From positions 18,430,005 through 18,494,004 of the forward strand of contig CM119268.1 in NCBI GenBank assembly GCA_051294375.1: a stretch of 64,000 nucleotides of DNA, read 5' to 3'. Numbering within the stretch: position 1 is the stretch's first letter; the number at the start of each line of letters is the position of its first letter. Origin of the DNA: Paraspadella gotoi (taxonomy: Eukaryota; Animalia; Chaetognatha). The translations under genes were made by a program, and so were the position numbers. Below the pieces are notes generated by a model. That model was given only the letters and a program-made list of their open reading frames with translations. It was not told the origin of the DNA and did not search any database. This document shows, piece after piece, positions 29,100-43,957 of the stretch.

Positions 29100-30363
29100 C
29101 TCTCTTTCTCTTCTCTCTCTATTGTGTGCAGCCGTCAATTGATTTATCCGTTATAAGGTTGATGAAAACTAACCAACCCCCTTGTTTTTTTTCCTTCTCT
29201 CCGTCTTTTCGCCAGCGGCAGCGATGACCGGTATTATGGTTTTGTTTTTGGTTGTGGTGATTAATTCTGCCTGTCGAAAATGATTTTTCCATTGCGCGAT
29301 CTGTATCGACGGTTGTACAGCGACCGGCGCACGGCTCGGCAACCCAATGCGCCGCGTCGGCAGTCGCGCAAGTCACTGGCGTCCGCGGTCCCAAACCAAA
29401 ATCCGCTGGGGTCGGGTTATTATTTTTAAATGGCTGAGCGGTCCGCAAGCGCTCGGGTCTGGCAAAAGAGCCTTGTAAGGCGAGCCGGCAAAAGGATTGC
29501 GGTGGAATAAGGACGCATTATTTCAAGCGACATGAAATCACGCTTTCGGTTTAAGGCGGTATCGATCAAGCGAGTCAGCGGAGCCGCGACGGGTCTGTAA
29601 AAATCGGGCGCTGGGTTTGGCAAAGTTGTTAGTCTGTGGAAATGGAGCATCGCATGTTGGGCGACGACGGTGAAGGGAAAACAGAAGGTTTGCGTCTTCT
29701 CGAAGTCGGCTTCCTTGTTTGGTTTTGCATTCAATCTTGTCGTCTTGTGAGGTTGTCGGCTTCCCCTATCGGCTTCCCTGTTCGGCTTCTCTGTCGGCGT
29801 TCTTTGTTCGGCTTTCTTTGTCAGCTTTTCATTATCCATATGTTTGTCGGCTTCAGGTGTCGGCTTTTTCTGTCGGCTTTATTTATCGGTATGTCTGTCG
29901 GCTTTTCTCTGTCGGGCTTTATTTTATTCGGTTATGTCTTGCGGGCTTTCCTCTGTCGGCCTTTTTGATGGCTTTTCGCATTGGATTCCTTTTCGGCTTT
30001 ATTTTATCCGTATGTCTGTCAGCTCTTCTCCGTCGGCTTTCGTTTGGTTGGCTCTCCTGTTGAATTCCTTGTCGACTTCAAATTTAATCCCTAAGTCTGT
30101 CGGCTTTTCTTTGTCGTGCTTCTTTTGCTGCTTTCCGTCGGATTCCTTGTCGGCTTCTGCGTTATTCCTTCGAGCGAAATAAACGAGAATCGATTTTTTC
30201 TCTTTTCGCTTCGAATTCGTATTTCGCGGCGCGAGGGATTGCTTGGATGGGAGATTCCGATGGCGCGTTTTAGGTTGCTGGTTGATCTGGGTGAAAGAGG
30301 CTGGCTTGGTCAAAGAAATAGCGTTTCTGCGTTTGTTAAAGCTTGGTTTTAAATTAAAGAGGA

Positions 30364-30406
<43 letters not shown>

Positions 30407-32509
30407 GAGAGAAGAGAGAGGAGAGAGAGAGAAATGCGGAGGAATATGTTTGGCACTAGATTCCCTAACGATTTACGTTACGGGATCGCGAATATAAAAA
30501 ATGTTCCTAACGTCGTCGGTTCGTCGTGCGTCGTCATCGTCGTGTCTCGTCGTAGTCTACTTTTCCATGATTCCATCAGTCGTAATCGGGGTTGGTCATT
30601 CATCGTGATTTGTCAAAAACTCAAAGGAGTTTTTTTTTGTTAATATTTACCAATTCATATCCTAAAATACCATGCAAAAGGGAAAATGACAATGGAATAG
30701 ATATAAGGGAGATTAAAGGAGTGTATTAAAATTTTTTGTAAAGAGGATTTTTGACACCTTGAGTGGCTTTTTTAACTTATTTGCCTTTTTTCTAAATAAG
30801 TGAGGGTTATTGTAAATAGTGGTACAACCAAACGCTTCAAAAGTTGGCTTCACATATTGAGAAATATTGAACAAAAAATTTGCATGGGTAAGTTTTGCCA
30901 CGTTAACTTTCATTCGTGTCATAAAAAGACAAAAAGAAATGAAAGCAGGAAATTAGAAAAAGGGAAAAATGAATTATAAAGGAAAAGAAGTGAATTGACA
31001 ATCGACATCGAGAAATGCGACTTCGCCTGGAATTTGAAAGAAGATTTGGCGTTGTCGCGACTCTGAGCTCAGATTCCGCGACTTTTCTTGTCTCTTTGGT
31101 TCCACGTGTATGTTTCGTCGTCGTCGTCGTCGTTCGTTCGTCGTTCGTCGCTTTTCGAATTCTTAGTAAGTTCTTCGTCACGTAATTAAGCCTCGTGATG
31201 TTTTTGAACTTTTCGTCGTCGTCGCGTCGTCGTCGTCGTCGTCGTCGTCGAATCTATGTCAGCGTGATTTTGAATTCGTGAATGTTTTGAACATCTCGTC
31301 TTTCTCATCGCTTCTCTCTTTTTTTTTTTTTTTTTCATTAAAAACAATAATTGTCTTCGACCAGCGTGAAACTTGAAAGGGTTGTGATGTTTTCGTCGTT
31401 TTCACCTTCAGATTAATGTCCACAGCCTATTGAAATACTTTACTGCTGGCAGCTATATTAATCAACACTACATTTATAAACTTGGGGGGAATAAATTTAT
31501 AGATACGTATTCACAGTAGACAACATAGCTTCGATATTTTGTATATCAAAATGTTCTTCGGACAGATAAGGCACAATAGGACGAGAGACTTTACGGGACC
31601 TCTTTTTGTAGGCGGCACGAACTCGTGTTTCGTCCGCCACCCACCTCTCTCTCTCTCTCTCTCTCTATCTTCTCTCTCTTCTCTCTATTCTCTCTCTCTC
31701 TTCTCTCTCTCTCGTCTCTCTCTCTCTCTCTCTCTCGCTCTCTCTCCTTGTAAAACTCGATTAAATCTACCAGTTCCTCCCCACTTTTCCCCAACCCCTA
31801 TCGCCCCTACCATTATGCCCTTCTAAAAACAACAAGAATCTTTTCCTTACAAAGAAATTAATCGATTTCCGGTTCTTAGGCCGATTTTCTGTTTTTCCTT
31901 CCCGCCTCACACGCTTTTCATCCCTTACCCGGTACTTACCCCCCCTCTTTTTTGTGCTTTCAATAGCCCTTCCAGGTCTCACTCTCCTCACTTATGCTTT
32001 CCCATTTTCCTTCTTTCCCCTTCTCCTCTTTCCTCCTTTTCCTCCCCTACTCCTCTTCCTCCTTCCGTTCCTCTCTCAATACATTTCCCCTCATCTTCCC
32101 AACCCCCAACTTTATTCTATCTTGTTCCTCCTTTCCTTACCTCCTCTCCTTCTCTTCGCTTTCTCCCTTCTACCCTCTTCCTCCCCCCGTTTCCCTCCCC
32201 CAATTTTCCCCAATCGGTTTCCATCAGTTTGTTTGTTGGTTTTGCCGACGGAAATCCTGGGGTCCGTTCGGTCCATTCCATGGATTCAGACGCTTTTGTT
32301 GAAAGAGAGGGTGAGGTTTCGGTGAGGTTGGTGTGGGGTGAGGTTGGAGAGGGCGATGAGGCTGACGAAGGGGAAAAAAAACCGATTGGCTTAATTTGAA
32401 AGAACATGGCATTCTGTTCTTGTTGTGACAGACATAGAAAACAACCAATGTAACAGTGTGTGCGAAGCGCATTGATCTTTCCTTCTTCATCTCCTGCTCA
32501 TAATCTTAG

Positions 32510-32592
<83 letters not shown>

Positions 32593-33166
32593 TCTTTCTC
32601 TCTTCTTTTGCCTCCCGAAAGTACTACAACAAGAGTGAATAATGAATAAATAATTAATGAAATCTGAATAAGTGAACGCAGTCGTTCACTCCGGATGTCC
32701 ACTCATTCATAAAGGAGTGACAGTCCTGTGCTTATTTCAATCTCGAGAGAGAAAGAGAGAAATGAATCCATGATTCGGGAGATTATTGTCGTCGAAATAC
32801 TCTTTCGTCGTCGTCGTCGTCGTCGGTCGTTTTGTCAGATTGTAGGATTACGCGAGATTGAACACGGAATAATGAAGGGAGAAGAGACATAACTCATGAA
32901 GGAAGGAATTCGATGCCAACTGATTCAGTAGAGGGGGGGGCGAGGGGAGAGATAGGGAAAGGAAGGAAGGAAAGGGGGGGAGAAAGTTAGGGGGAGAGAA
33001 TACAAGGGGGAGAAGAGAGGAGGCCTGAAATGAAAAAGGAAAAACAAAGGAAAAGGAGAAGAAAGAAAGAAGGGTAGAGAGAAGCAGCAAAGGGGTGGAA
33101 AGTATGAAGAAAAGTATAGTTGTAGGTATTTTTGAAATATAAAATTAACATTAACATAAAAGAGAA

Positions 33167-33257
<91 letters not shown>

Positions 33258-33392
33258 AAACAAAAGACTATCCGCTCAACGATCGTCTCTTTACGATCGG
33301 AAAATTTGTTCAGACATTGAATTCCAAATTCTCGGCGCCATTTCGTCGATTGTCGGCGTCCATCACATCAATGAGTCTGAAATGATTTCAAC

Positions 33393-33428
<36 letters not shown>

Positions 33429-33724
33429 AGAGAGAAGAGAGAGAGAGGAGTTATGTCTCTTCTCCCTTCATTATTCCGTGTTCAATCTCGCGTAATCCTA
33501 CAATCTGACAAAACGACGACGACGACGACGACGACGAAGAGTATTTCGACGACAATAATCTTCCCGAATCATGGATTCATTTCTCTCTCTTTCTCTCTCG
33601 AGATTGAAATAAGCACAGGACTGTCACTCCTTTATGAATGAGTGACATCCGGAGTGAACGACTGCGTTCACTTATTCAGATTTCATTAATTATTTATTCA
33701 TTATTCACTCTTGTTGTACCTAGT

Positions 33725-34008
33725 NNNNNNNNNNNNNNNNNNNNNNNNNNNNNNNNNNNNNNNNNNNNNNNNNNNNNNNNNNNNNNNNNNNNNNNNNNNN
33801 NNNNNNNNNNNNNNNNNNNNNNNNNNNNNNNNNNNNNNNNNNNNNNNNNNNNNNNNNNNNNNNNNNNNNNNNNNNNNNNNNNNNNNNNNNNNNNNNNNNN
33901 NNNNNNNNNNNNNNNNNNNNNNNNNNNNNNNNNNNNNNNNNNNNNNNNNNNNNNNNNNNNNNNNNNNNNNNNNNNNNNNNNNNNNNNNNNNNNNNNNNNN
34001 NNNNNNNN
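33725..34008. other. Assembly gap (others at 9106-9130, 22391-22415, 49472-49496, 51007-51016)
   Basis: Runs of N. Confidence 1.
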
Positions 34009-34759
34009 AAAAGATCAATGCCTTCGCACACACTGTTACATTGGTTGTTTTCTATGTCTGTCACACAAGAAACAGAATGCCATGTTCTTTCAAATTTAAG
34101 CCAATCGGTTTTTTTTCCCCTTCGTCAGCATCATCGCCCTCTCCAACCTCACCCCCACCCAACCTCACCGAACCTCACCCTCTCTTTCAACAAAAGCGTC
34201 TGAATCCATGGAATGGACGACGGACCCCAGGATTTCCTGTCGGGCAAAACCAACAAACAAACTGATGGAACCGATTGGGGGAAAATTGGGGGAGGGAACG
34301 GGGGGGAGGAAGAGGGAGAAAGGGAGGAAAGGAAGAGAAGGAGAGGAGGTAAGGAAAGGAGGAACAAGATAGAATAAAGTTGGGGGCGCTGCCCGGAATG
34401 TATGTAGGGGAAAATGCTATTGAGAGGGAACGGAAGGAGGAAGAGCGGAGTAGGGGGAGGAAAGGAGGAAAGGAGGAGAAGGGGGAAAGAGGAAAATGGG
34501 GGAAAGCATAAGTGAAGGAAGTGAGACTGGAAGGCTAATTGAAAACACCAAAAGAGGGGAGGGGTAAGTTACGGGTAAGGTAATGCAAGTGTGGGCGGGA
34601 AGGAAAACAGAATCGGCCTAAGAACCGGAAATCGATTAATTCTTTGTAAGGAAAAGATTCTGTGTTTTAGAAGGATAATGGTAGGCGATAGGGGTTGGGA
34701 AAAGGGGAGGAACTGGTAGATTAATCGAGTTATTAGCGAAGAGAGAGAGGAGAGAGAGA

Positions 34760-34793
<34 letters not shown>

Positions 34794-36003
34794 AGGGAGA
34801 GAGGAGAGAGATGACGAGAGGATGGAGAGGAGAGAGAGAGAGAGATAGAGAGAGAGGTGGGTGGCGGACGAAAACACGAGTTCGTGCCCGCCTACAATGG
34901 TGATCCAACACAGCGGTGCCCCCTTAAGCCAGGTGGAAAAAATAGAAGGTCCGTAAGTCTGTCCCTAATTTGTGCCTTATCTGTCCGAAGAACATTTTGA
35001 TATAACAAAATATGAAGCAATGTTGTCTACTGTGAGATACGTAAGTATAAATCCCAAGTTTATAAATGTAGTGTCGATTATACTGGCCAGTCAGTAAAGT
35101 ATTTTCAATAAGGCTGTGACTATTAAGCGAAGGTGAAAACGACGAAAACATCACGAACCCTTTCAGTTTCACGTGTCGAAGACAATGAGAAAGACGATGA
35201 GAAAGACGAGATGTCGAAAACATCACGAATTCAATCACGTGACATAGATTCGACGACGACGACGACGACGACGACAACGTCAAAAACATCACGAGGTTTA
35301 TTACGTGACGAAGACTACTAAGAATTCGGAAAGGACGACGACGACGACGACGACGACGACGAGGACGACGAAAACATCACGTGACAAAGAGACAAGAATG
35401 AGTCGCGGATCTGAGCCTCGAGTCGCGACAACGCCAAATCTTCTCTTCAATTCCAGGCGAAGTCCATTTCTCGATGTCGATGTCATTCACTTCTTTCTTT
35501 AATTCATTTTTCCTTTTTCTATTTCCTGCTTTCATTTTCTTTTTGTCTTTATGACACGATGAAAGTTAACGTGGCAAAACTTACCCATGCAAATTTTTGT
35601 CATATTTCTCAATATGTGAGCCAAACTTGAAGCGTTTGGTTGTACCCTTTTACAATAACCCTCACTTATCTAGAAAAAAGGCAAATAAGTAAAAAAGCAC
35701 TCAAGGTGTCAAAAATCTCTTACCAAATTTTATACTCCTTTAATCTCCTTATATCTATCCACTTGTCATTTTCCTTTTCATGTATTTTCAGGATATGAAA
35801 TTGGTAAATATAAACAAAAAAAAATCCTTTGAGTTTTGACAAATCACGATGATGACAACCCCGATTACGACTATGAATATGGAAAAGTAGACGACGACGA
35901 GAACGACGATGACGACGACGACGACGACGATGAGAACATTTTTTATATTCGCGAGTCCGTACGTAAATCTTAGGGGAAATCTAGTGCCAAACATATTCTC
36001 TCA

Positions 36004-36054
<51 letters not shown>

Positions 36055-36239
36055 TTTAAACAAGCTTTAACAAACGCGAAACGCTATTTCTTTGACCAAG
36101 CAGCCTCTTTCACCCAGATCAAGCAGCAACTAAAACGCGCCATCGGAATCTCCCATCAAGCAATCCTCGCGCGCGAAATACGAATTCGAAGCGAAAAGAG
36201 AAAAAAATCGATTCTCGTTTATTTCGCTCGAAGGAATAA

Positions 36240-37000
36240 ACGCAGAAGCCGACAAGGAATCCGACGGGAAAGCCAGCAAAGAAGCCGACAAAGAAAGCCG
36301 ACAGACATAGGGATAAATGAAGTCGACAAGGAATTCAACAGGAGAGCCAACAAAGAAGCCGACGGAGAAAGCTGACAGACATACGGATAAATAAAGCCGA
36401 AAAGGAATCCAATGCGAAAGCCATCAAAAAAGCCGACAGAGAAAGCCGACAGACATACCGATAAATAAAGCCGACAGAGAAAGCCGACAGACATACCGAT
36501 AAATAAAGCCGACAGAAAAAGCCGACAACGAAGCCGACAAACATATGGATAATGAAGCTGACAAGAAAGCCAACAAAGAAGCCGACAGAGAAGCCGACAG
36601 GGAAGCCGATAGGGAAGCCGACAACCTCACAGACGACAAGATTGAATGCAAAAGCCAACAAGGAAGCCGACTTCGAAAGACGCAAGCCTCTGTTTTCCTT
36701 CACCGTCGTCGCCCAACATGCGATGCTCATTTCCACAGCACTAACAACTTTGCCAACCCAGCGCCGATTTTTACAGACCCGTCGCGGCTTCCGCTGACCG
36801 CTGATCCGATACCGCCTTACCGAACAGGCGTTGCTTTTCCAACCCGTCGCCTCTTGAACTAAACCGGCGTCCCTTTTGCCGACCCAGAGTCGCTTTTGCC
36901 GACTCGGCCTCGCTTTTGCAGACCCCGCGCCAATTTTACCGACCCAGCGCCACTTTTGCCGACCCGGCGCCACTTTTGCCGACCCGGCGCCGGTCCGCTT
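36240..37000 (+). repeat. Minisatellite block: about 12-bp 'aagccgacagag' units, then about 21-bp 'cttttgccgacccggcgcca' units (mirrored at about 29300-30165)
   Basis: Many GCCGAC-core units read directly; they explain the low-complexity ORFs at 36335-37054 and 36545-36862. Confidence 0.8.
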
Positions 37001-37176
37001 CGTACAACCGTCGATATCGACGCGCAATGAATCATTTCGACGCAGAATCAACAAACAAACAAAATCGCTGCCGCTGGCGAAAAGACGGAGAGAAGGAAAA
37101 AAGAAGGGGGTGTTAGGTTTTGTATCACCTTATAGGGATAAATCAATTGAGGCTGCACACAATAGAGAGGAGAGAG

Positions 37177-37253
<77 letters not shown>

Positions 37254-38212
37254 TTTTCAGCTCTCTTGCGATTTTTAAACCTTTCATTCTTCTTTCGTCG
37301 TTCGCCGCTCCACTTCTCTATTTTTTTTAATATTTCCTCCTTTCGCTGATTTCCCTCTAATTCCGTCATATTTTTTTCTTCTCGCTACTTGCCCTACCTC
37401 ACCCCCACCTTTCCCCCAAACCTTACCTCTTCTTATCCTTCGCCCCTTTTATCCCCGCTCCCTTCCTCAAATCCAGGCGGAGCGAAAGAATTCGGCGACA
37501 ATCCCTCGCTCGCCTTCCGGTCATAATTCACGCTCGTCAAAAAATCCTGCCCCCAGATTTTTCAGCCATATTTTATAAGAAGGAGCCCCTTTCGTAAGTT
37601 TAAACTCCCCTCACCCCTCCCCAGACCCCATATCTCAGGTCTAAACTGGAAAAAACGTGCCTCAGACTTTTTCAGTCCGTTTTTTCGATTGCTGTCAACG
37701 GCGGCATGTTAGGTTTTGATAACTGACATTGCTTATTTTGATTATGTCATTGCATGTTCTGTTCTTTTACTCTCACGGGAATTTTTTCAGTTCATATAAT
37801 GATTTCCCTCCAATTTTCTTCCCACGTTCATTTTCCTAGTTCGTATTCTCCAAAGGACAATTAAACATTTTTCCCCCTCTTTTCCTTCCTGCCGTTTCCT
37901 CTTGATCCATGTCTTTCTTGACCTATAGTTCTTAACTTCATATTATGGTGACTAAAATCGACAAACCGTTCATCTGCGACCATTGATGCAAGAGACAAGT
38001 CATTCGCCTCCCAACCCAAACGTACGGAGTTCTACTTCGGTGGTCGTCTAGCAGCTAAGAAGGACGGGGCGCTCAACCCGCCTGTAACACGGTGTTACAG
38101 TCTGATCCGATGCTCCGGGACTGCTCATATTGAACGGTTCTGTCACTAATTCATAACAATTATTAATGTTCAATATTTCATATCTTTGCCTCTTTGCCTC
38201 TTATCTCTCCTT

Positions 38213-38289
<77 letters not shown>

Positions 38290-38557
38290 AACTTTCCAGA
38301 CCGCATTAAATCCTCGTCACCGCGTCTCCCAGTTACTTTCCTCGTGCCGCTTTCTGGGTTCAAGTGTCTCAGGGTCTAAAACCTTTTTAGGAGAAGGCAA
38401 CTTTCTAAATCTTGTGGCATCTCAGCGGTTATTTTATCTTTTTTGGGCTTTTTGTACCAATTTTTTTTTTTATTTTGTCTACTAATTAATTAATTTCTTA
38501 TTAACGTTTCAAATTAGTATGTTTGTATCATAAAAGTAAAAATCTCTCTCTCTCTCA

Positions 38558-38675
<118 letters not shown>

Positions 38676-41635
38676 TCCCCCTGTTTGAAGAGAGAACGTC
38701 ATGGTTTGATTAAATCAAACCGCCCGTCCGAAACTGGGAAGAAGTGTGCTCTGATTTCGCCTGTATCGTTGAGTCAAAGCGACGGAGGCGTTGACATAGG
38801 GAGTGGAGGTGTAGGAAGAGGGGAAGGAGAGGGAAGAAGAAGAGAGGGAGGAGACTGAGGGGGAAAGGTTAGGAAGAGTTAGAGATAGAGAGACAGAGCA
38901 AAGAAAGACGATGAGGAAATTATATAGAAATAAAAAAGACAGAATTGAACTGGGACGGACATTCGCGATACATTTTTTTGTCTCAGACATTTATGTGAGA
39001 AATTTATTCATAAAAAAAAAATTGTTACAAACTTATTACTAATGAGCTTTTAAGCATTCTTTGCGTTCATTATTAAAGTTTTATATTCATCGGACGCTTT
39101 GCGCTCAAGCGTCTTCTGGCCGCCTGATGAAGGCAGGCATGATGTAGATCCTTAAATCTAGTTTGAGGATGCAGAAAATATGGTAGAATAAGATAAAAAA
39201 AATAAATAAAAATAAGAAGAAAAAAGTATAAAGAGTGGAGAGAAAAGAAAAGAAAAATAGGATCCGAACAAAGGACTCTTTGTCAAAAGAAAGCTTTAAA
39301 ATGCCAAGTTTAGGTTACGGAGATGCCGACTTGAGAAAAGGCCAACCTTGCATCCCGCGCTGACAGACCATTTTTCGATAAAAAGTTGTGAATAACTGCC
39401 ATTTGGCGAATAAATACCATCCTGCCATTCTGGGAGAAAATTTCGTTCCCAAAAAAGTCACATTAGTTCCGAGAGAACAAATTTATTGTCGGCCAGTTTG
39501 TTACGAACTCCGACGGAAAAAAAATTTTTCCCCAGACTCTTTCCAAGGTCCTTTCCTCGGCACTCATAATGCCACTCCTACTGGCAACACACCGACTGCT
39601 TTGGTAACTTTTAGTTTTAATGCCGCTCTCACAGCCGCGCCTTCTAAGTTTATTCACATTCCAATAAGAAAATTAAATTAAACTAAATTCATTAATGGCG
39701 GCTAAAACCTCGTAAATTTTAAATTTAAAAACGAGGAAAAAGAAATACCATTTCCAATGCGCCGTCAAAGACGGCCAAGATGAGTTGCCAATGCAAATCG
39801 CCGATGCCGATGACGAATACATTTCTTTCTCTTTTTTCTTTCAACTTACGAATCGGAATCCCCACTCAAAGCTCTACTCATCCTTAATCCCCCGGCTATC
39901 TCTGGCTATCCCCGCGATCCCCGGCCTGTGATTTAATCCCCAGCTTCTTCCAGGCTCTAGACCCTCACCAACCTCGCCTCTTTCCCCGTCACTCGATTTT
40001 CCGAATTTCCACGATTTTCCGAATCCGAGAATCCAATTCCGTTTCGTGTCGATAGGAATTCATCTTTTTAGATCTTTTCCTTTGCCTCATTTCTTCCTCT
40101 TCTTTTATTTTCCTTCTTCTTTTCCCCTTTTTCTTTTCTTTGTCTCCTTCTCCTTTATTTCTCTTTTTCTAGACATTTTACCGTCCCGAGGAGTTTAAAC
40201 ATTTTCTTTATATTTCTTTCTTTTTTTTTTTTACTTTTTATCCCGAGGGTTTAATTTTTCTTCTTCCTTTTATTCTTTTCCTTTCATATTTCCTGAACTC
40301 TTCTCACCTTTTTTTTCTCCAATCTTTCCCTGCTTCATTGATTCTCTTTTCCTTTCTTTTTTTTCATTCTTATGTTATGTCACTTATCGTTTTCCACATC
40401 CCGGATCCTATTTTCATATCTTCCTTTCATACATTCTTTTTTATTCCTTTCCTAATATATTTTTTTCATTTTCCCTGACTTTACTCCTGACTTTCCCCAT
40501 TAACTTCTGGTTACTAGTTTGCTCCCCCTTTCCTTATCCTTCCCCCCCCTGCTCTTCCCTTTTCCAAACCCCGGTCCAATTTGGCTTCTGTCGCGAGGGT
40601 TTGTCCTCGAAGAAAAGGACGAACCCCGATATCAATCGGTCTTCCGGAAACAAAGCGGCGGCGGCCCGCGGCTGCGGCGGCGGCGGCTGTGGCGGCGGCG
40701 GCGGCGGCGGCTGCGACGGCGGCAAAATAAGACAGTAGCACTGCCGGCCAAGACGGCGACGGCGCAAGCTGTGGCGTTAAAGATTAGCTCGAGATACTGG
40801 CTGTTGGGTTGGCGGCGGTGGATGTGGCGGTGGATGTGTGGATGTGTTGGCCATTGTATTGGCATTGGCGCTTGACGCTTTAATCGGCGTCAGGGTGAGC
40901 GCCATCGTTTCATCTCAGCTTTGAAACGAGACCCTTCTCTCCAAAGAATAAATGGGTGGACAATCTTGTTTGCACCGTCTCTTAACGGGACCTTTCACTC
41001 CAAAGTTAAACCCAACTCCTCCCACAACACACTCGCTTCGGAATTCTCTCTTTTTAACAAAAAAAAAAATCCACAAAAATTCTGCGCGGTCGATGACCCG
41101 CGTCACAATTCTTCCCTTTGATGTGAATAAATCGAGTCGAGTTCGACTTCACCGAAACAAAGAAACTGGAAAGACATCAGTGATCGAAGATCGACTTTCT
41201 TTTTTTTCTCTTTTTTATTCCGATACCTAATAAGAATTCCGTCCAGATTTTTATTACAGATGCGCGCGGAGACGACGACGACGACGACGACGACGACGAA
41301 GCCTTTGACGCTTCGCCACCTCACATTTGCACCCTGTGAGTGTTACCGCCATGCCACCTCCGTGACACTTTATGCCACCTCCAAGTCACCTTCTGGCCTC
41401 GTGCCACCTTTTGGCATTGAATCGCCATTCCAATTCTACGCAACGCCACCTCTTTGCCATCTCCATGGCAACTTCCACGCCACCATAACGTCACAACCAT
41501 ACCACCTTTTAACCACCTTCCAGCCACCGCCTTCCCGGGCGAAAATGAAAAGTCAATCGAAGCAGAAAACAAGTTTCGGACGCCATTGAAGCGATGCCTG
41601 TTGTGGGCGTCGTCGTCGTCGACTGTTGTTGTTGT

Positions 41636-41682
<47 letters not shown>

Positions 41683-42727
41683 GCGCCATGAGCCGCGTGA
41701 GCTTTTGTGGCCGTGAAAGACTTCGGCCGAATCTCTCTTATTTTAAATTGGTTCGACTTTTTTCCTCTTTTTTTTTTTGCGATTCACGCACCTCCCTATT
41801 TTTTAGCAGGGGGGTTGGAGAGATTAGGATTAGAAGAATTAGGATTAGAAGAATCCTAATGCGTTCAATTTTTAATAATGTTTTACGTACTAATTCGTTT
41901 ATATTTTAAGAATTTCACGAAAAAAAAGGAGGAAGAAAAAGAAATGCAGAAACGATTGTTTTGAAAAAAAAAATCTTACTTACTCGTCGTCGCCATCATC
42001 GTCGTCGCCATCATCGTCGTCGTCTTCCTCTTCGTCATCGTTGGTATCGTCGTCGTCGTCGTCGTCGCCGCCGTCTTGTCGCCGTCCTTCCGCGAAATTA
42101 AAAAGGCCACGAGGTCGCGACGAGGCGACGAAAGGGCCCACCCACCAGTGAGAGAGATCGTGGGTGAGAGAGTGGATGAATCCGAGTTCTGTGATTGCTG
42201 GGGAGTGAATTCGAGAAAGTAAGTTCATTGGGTTGAGTCGCCAGTGAGAAATATGGCGTAAACATGTGTTTTGGTATTTATCTTCAAAATGAAAAATGTA
42301 ATCATATTTATGCGGTAAAACTAAATATTCATTTCGATCTATTTCACTAATAAGTGACATCTAAACAAATTTATATGCATACAGAATCGTTTCGATATAA
42401 ATCAGAATCGATCCGGTCCTAAATTCGTTTTTTGTTCGTGACGTATTTTGGTTCTTGTAAAATAGAATACAGATATTCTCGAAAATATATTTGTACCAAA
42501 TTCGCAGATTATTTATGTAAGTCGTTGCTGCTTTATCTTTTTTAAAATGACTTATTTTATTTCCCAATAATTATTATCGAACTACGTGCACGTTTATTTA
42601 TTAGTGACGTTGCATTCACTGACCCATTGACTCACTGAGTTTTTGTCGTAACTTTTTGTCGTAACTTTCTTATGCATGTAATTACGCATGTAATTAATTT
42701 TTCCAGAGCAAAACAATTTATTTAAAA

Positions 42728-43957
42728 ATGGATCTCCGGCCCTTCCTTCCTCTCCTCTTCTTCGTTTTAAGCTTCGTCTTCCAAGTCTCCTCCTCCCAGC
42801 TCGAGGACGAAACCGACCTCGACTCTCTGGCGCAGCCCGAACGGCTCGTCGAAACCTCAGAAGGTTCTGGCCGCGAGCCCCGCGGGATCGGCCTTCTCGG
42901 GCGTGGGCTCTGGGGCCGAAGGCGCTTTGGCGGACGCCGATGGGGCCGGGGCCGGGGCCGATGGGGCCGTCGCGGTTGGGGAGGAAGACACTGGCCTGGA
43001 CACTTCCACGGTCACCATCACGGACTCGGCTTTGGTCACGGTCATTTCGGCCAGCATCATCATCACCATCACCACGGACACCATCATCCATTCGGGATGT
43101 TCGGACGGTACGGGCGATCCGTCGATGATTCAAAGAGAATTTTGATCAACGAAGCGAAGACCGAAACCCAACCGACAGTCGAAGATTTTCTTGGCGAAGT
43201 TTTCTCCAAAAATAAAACCAAAGACTCTGATAACGTAAGTTCATTGATTTATTAATATGTTTTGTGCTTAATTAATACGTATTATGAAATATTTAAGTGT
43301 AAGGAACATTGAAAAAATGTTGGAGAAACTTACGTGGGTTTTGTGAATGTCAAAAGGAGGAAAGGGGGTAATTGAAAATAATAGGGAACGAATGTGAATG
43401 TTTACGACGTAGTTAAAATTTGGAAGTGAAAATGTGAATAAAGTATAAAACTGAAGCAATGGTGGAGTGAGAATGTTTGCTCTCTTCTTGGATATCAGCT
43501 GTTGGATCGCAGACCTCGACATCTCGGCATACTCGGCAACATTCTCGGCGGCCTCGTTAGCGGCGTTCTTCACGGCGTCGCCCCGCACCACGGCCACTTC
43601 CATCGACGCCGCTTCGGTCGCAGATTCGGTCCCCGATTTGGTCCCCGCTTCGGTCCCCGCTTTGGGGGATTCCATGGCATGCCTCATTACGGCGGCATGC
43701 ATCATCATCACCACTACGGCGGCATGCACTACGGCGGCTGGCCCCGTTACGGTGGTCATTTCGGTCACGGACCTTACGGCCGATTCGGACGATCGGCAGC
43801 GGACGGTGGATTGCCGAGATCCGGCAGTGAGAAGCACGGAAATCCGACCGGCGCTTCTCATGAATTAAACGCCGAGATTCTTACCGGAACGAAAGGAGGA
43901 TCTCAGCAGCTTACGCCCTCGGACCTTTCCGATCAAATCCCGTTTGTCGTCCGTTGA
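42728..43957 (+). CDS. Secreted prepropeptide (2 exons, 321 aa) encoding two Gly/His/Arg-rich, putatively amidated peptides
   Basis: Exons 42728-43234 and 43499-43957 with a phase-0 GTAAGT...CAG intron. Hydrophobic signal MDLRPFLPLLFFVLSFVFQVSS, acidic pro-piece, REPR site, 76-aa peptide ending FGRY-G-R, acidic spacer, RRPR site, 89-aa peptide ending YGRF-G-R. Confidence 0.88.

Noticed and set aside
36335-37054. 239-aa ORF and its mirror ORFs near 29.4-30.3 kb
   Set aside because: Translation of GCCGAC minisatellites; the frames are not conserved between the two arms.
42594-43861. Minus-strand ORFs of 179 and 197 aa
   Set aside because: Antisense shadows of the GC-rich prepropeptide exons.
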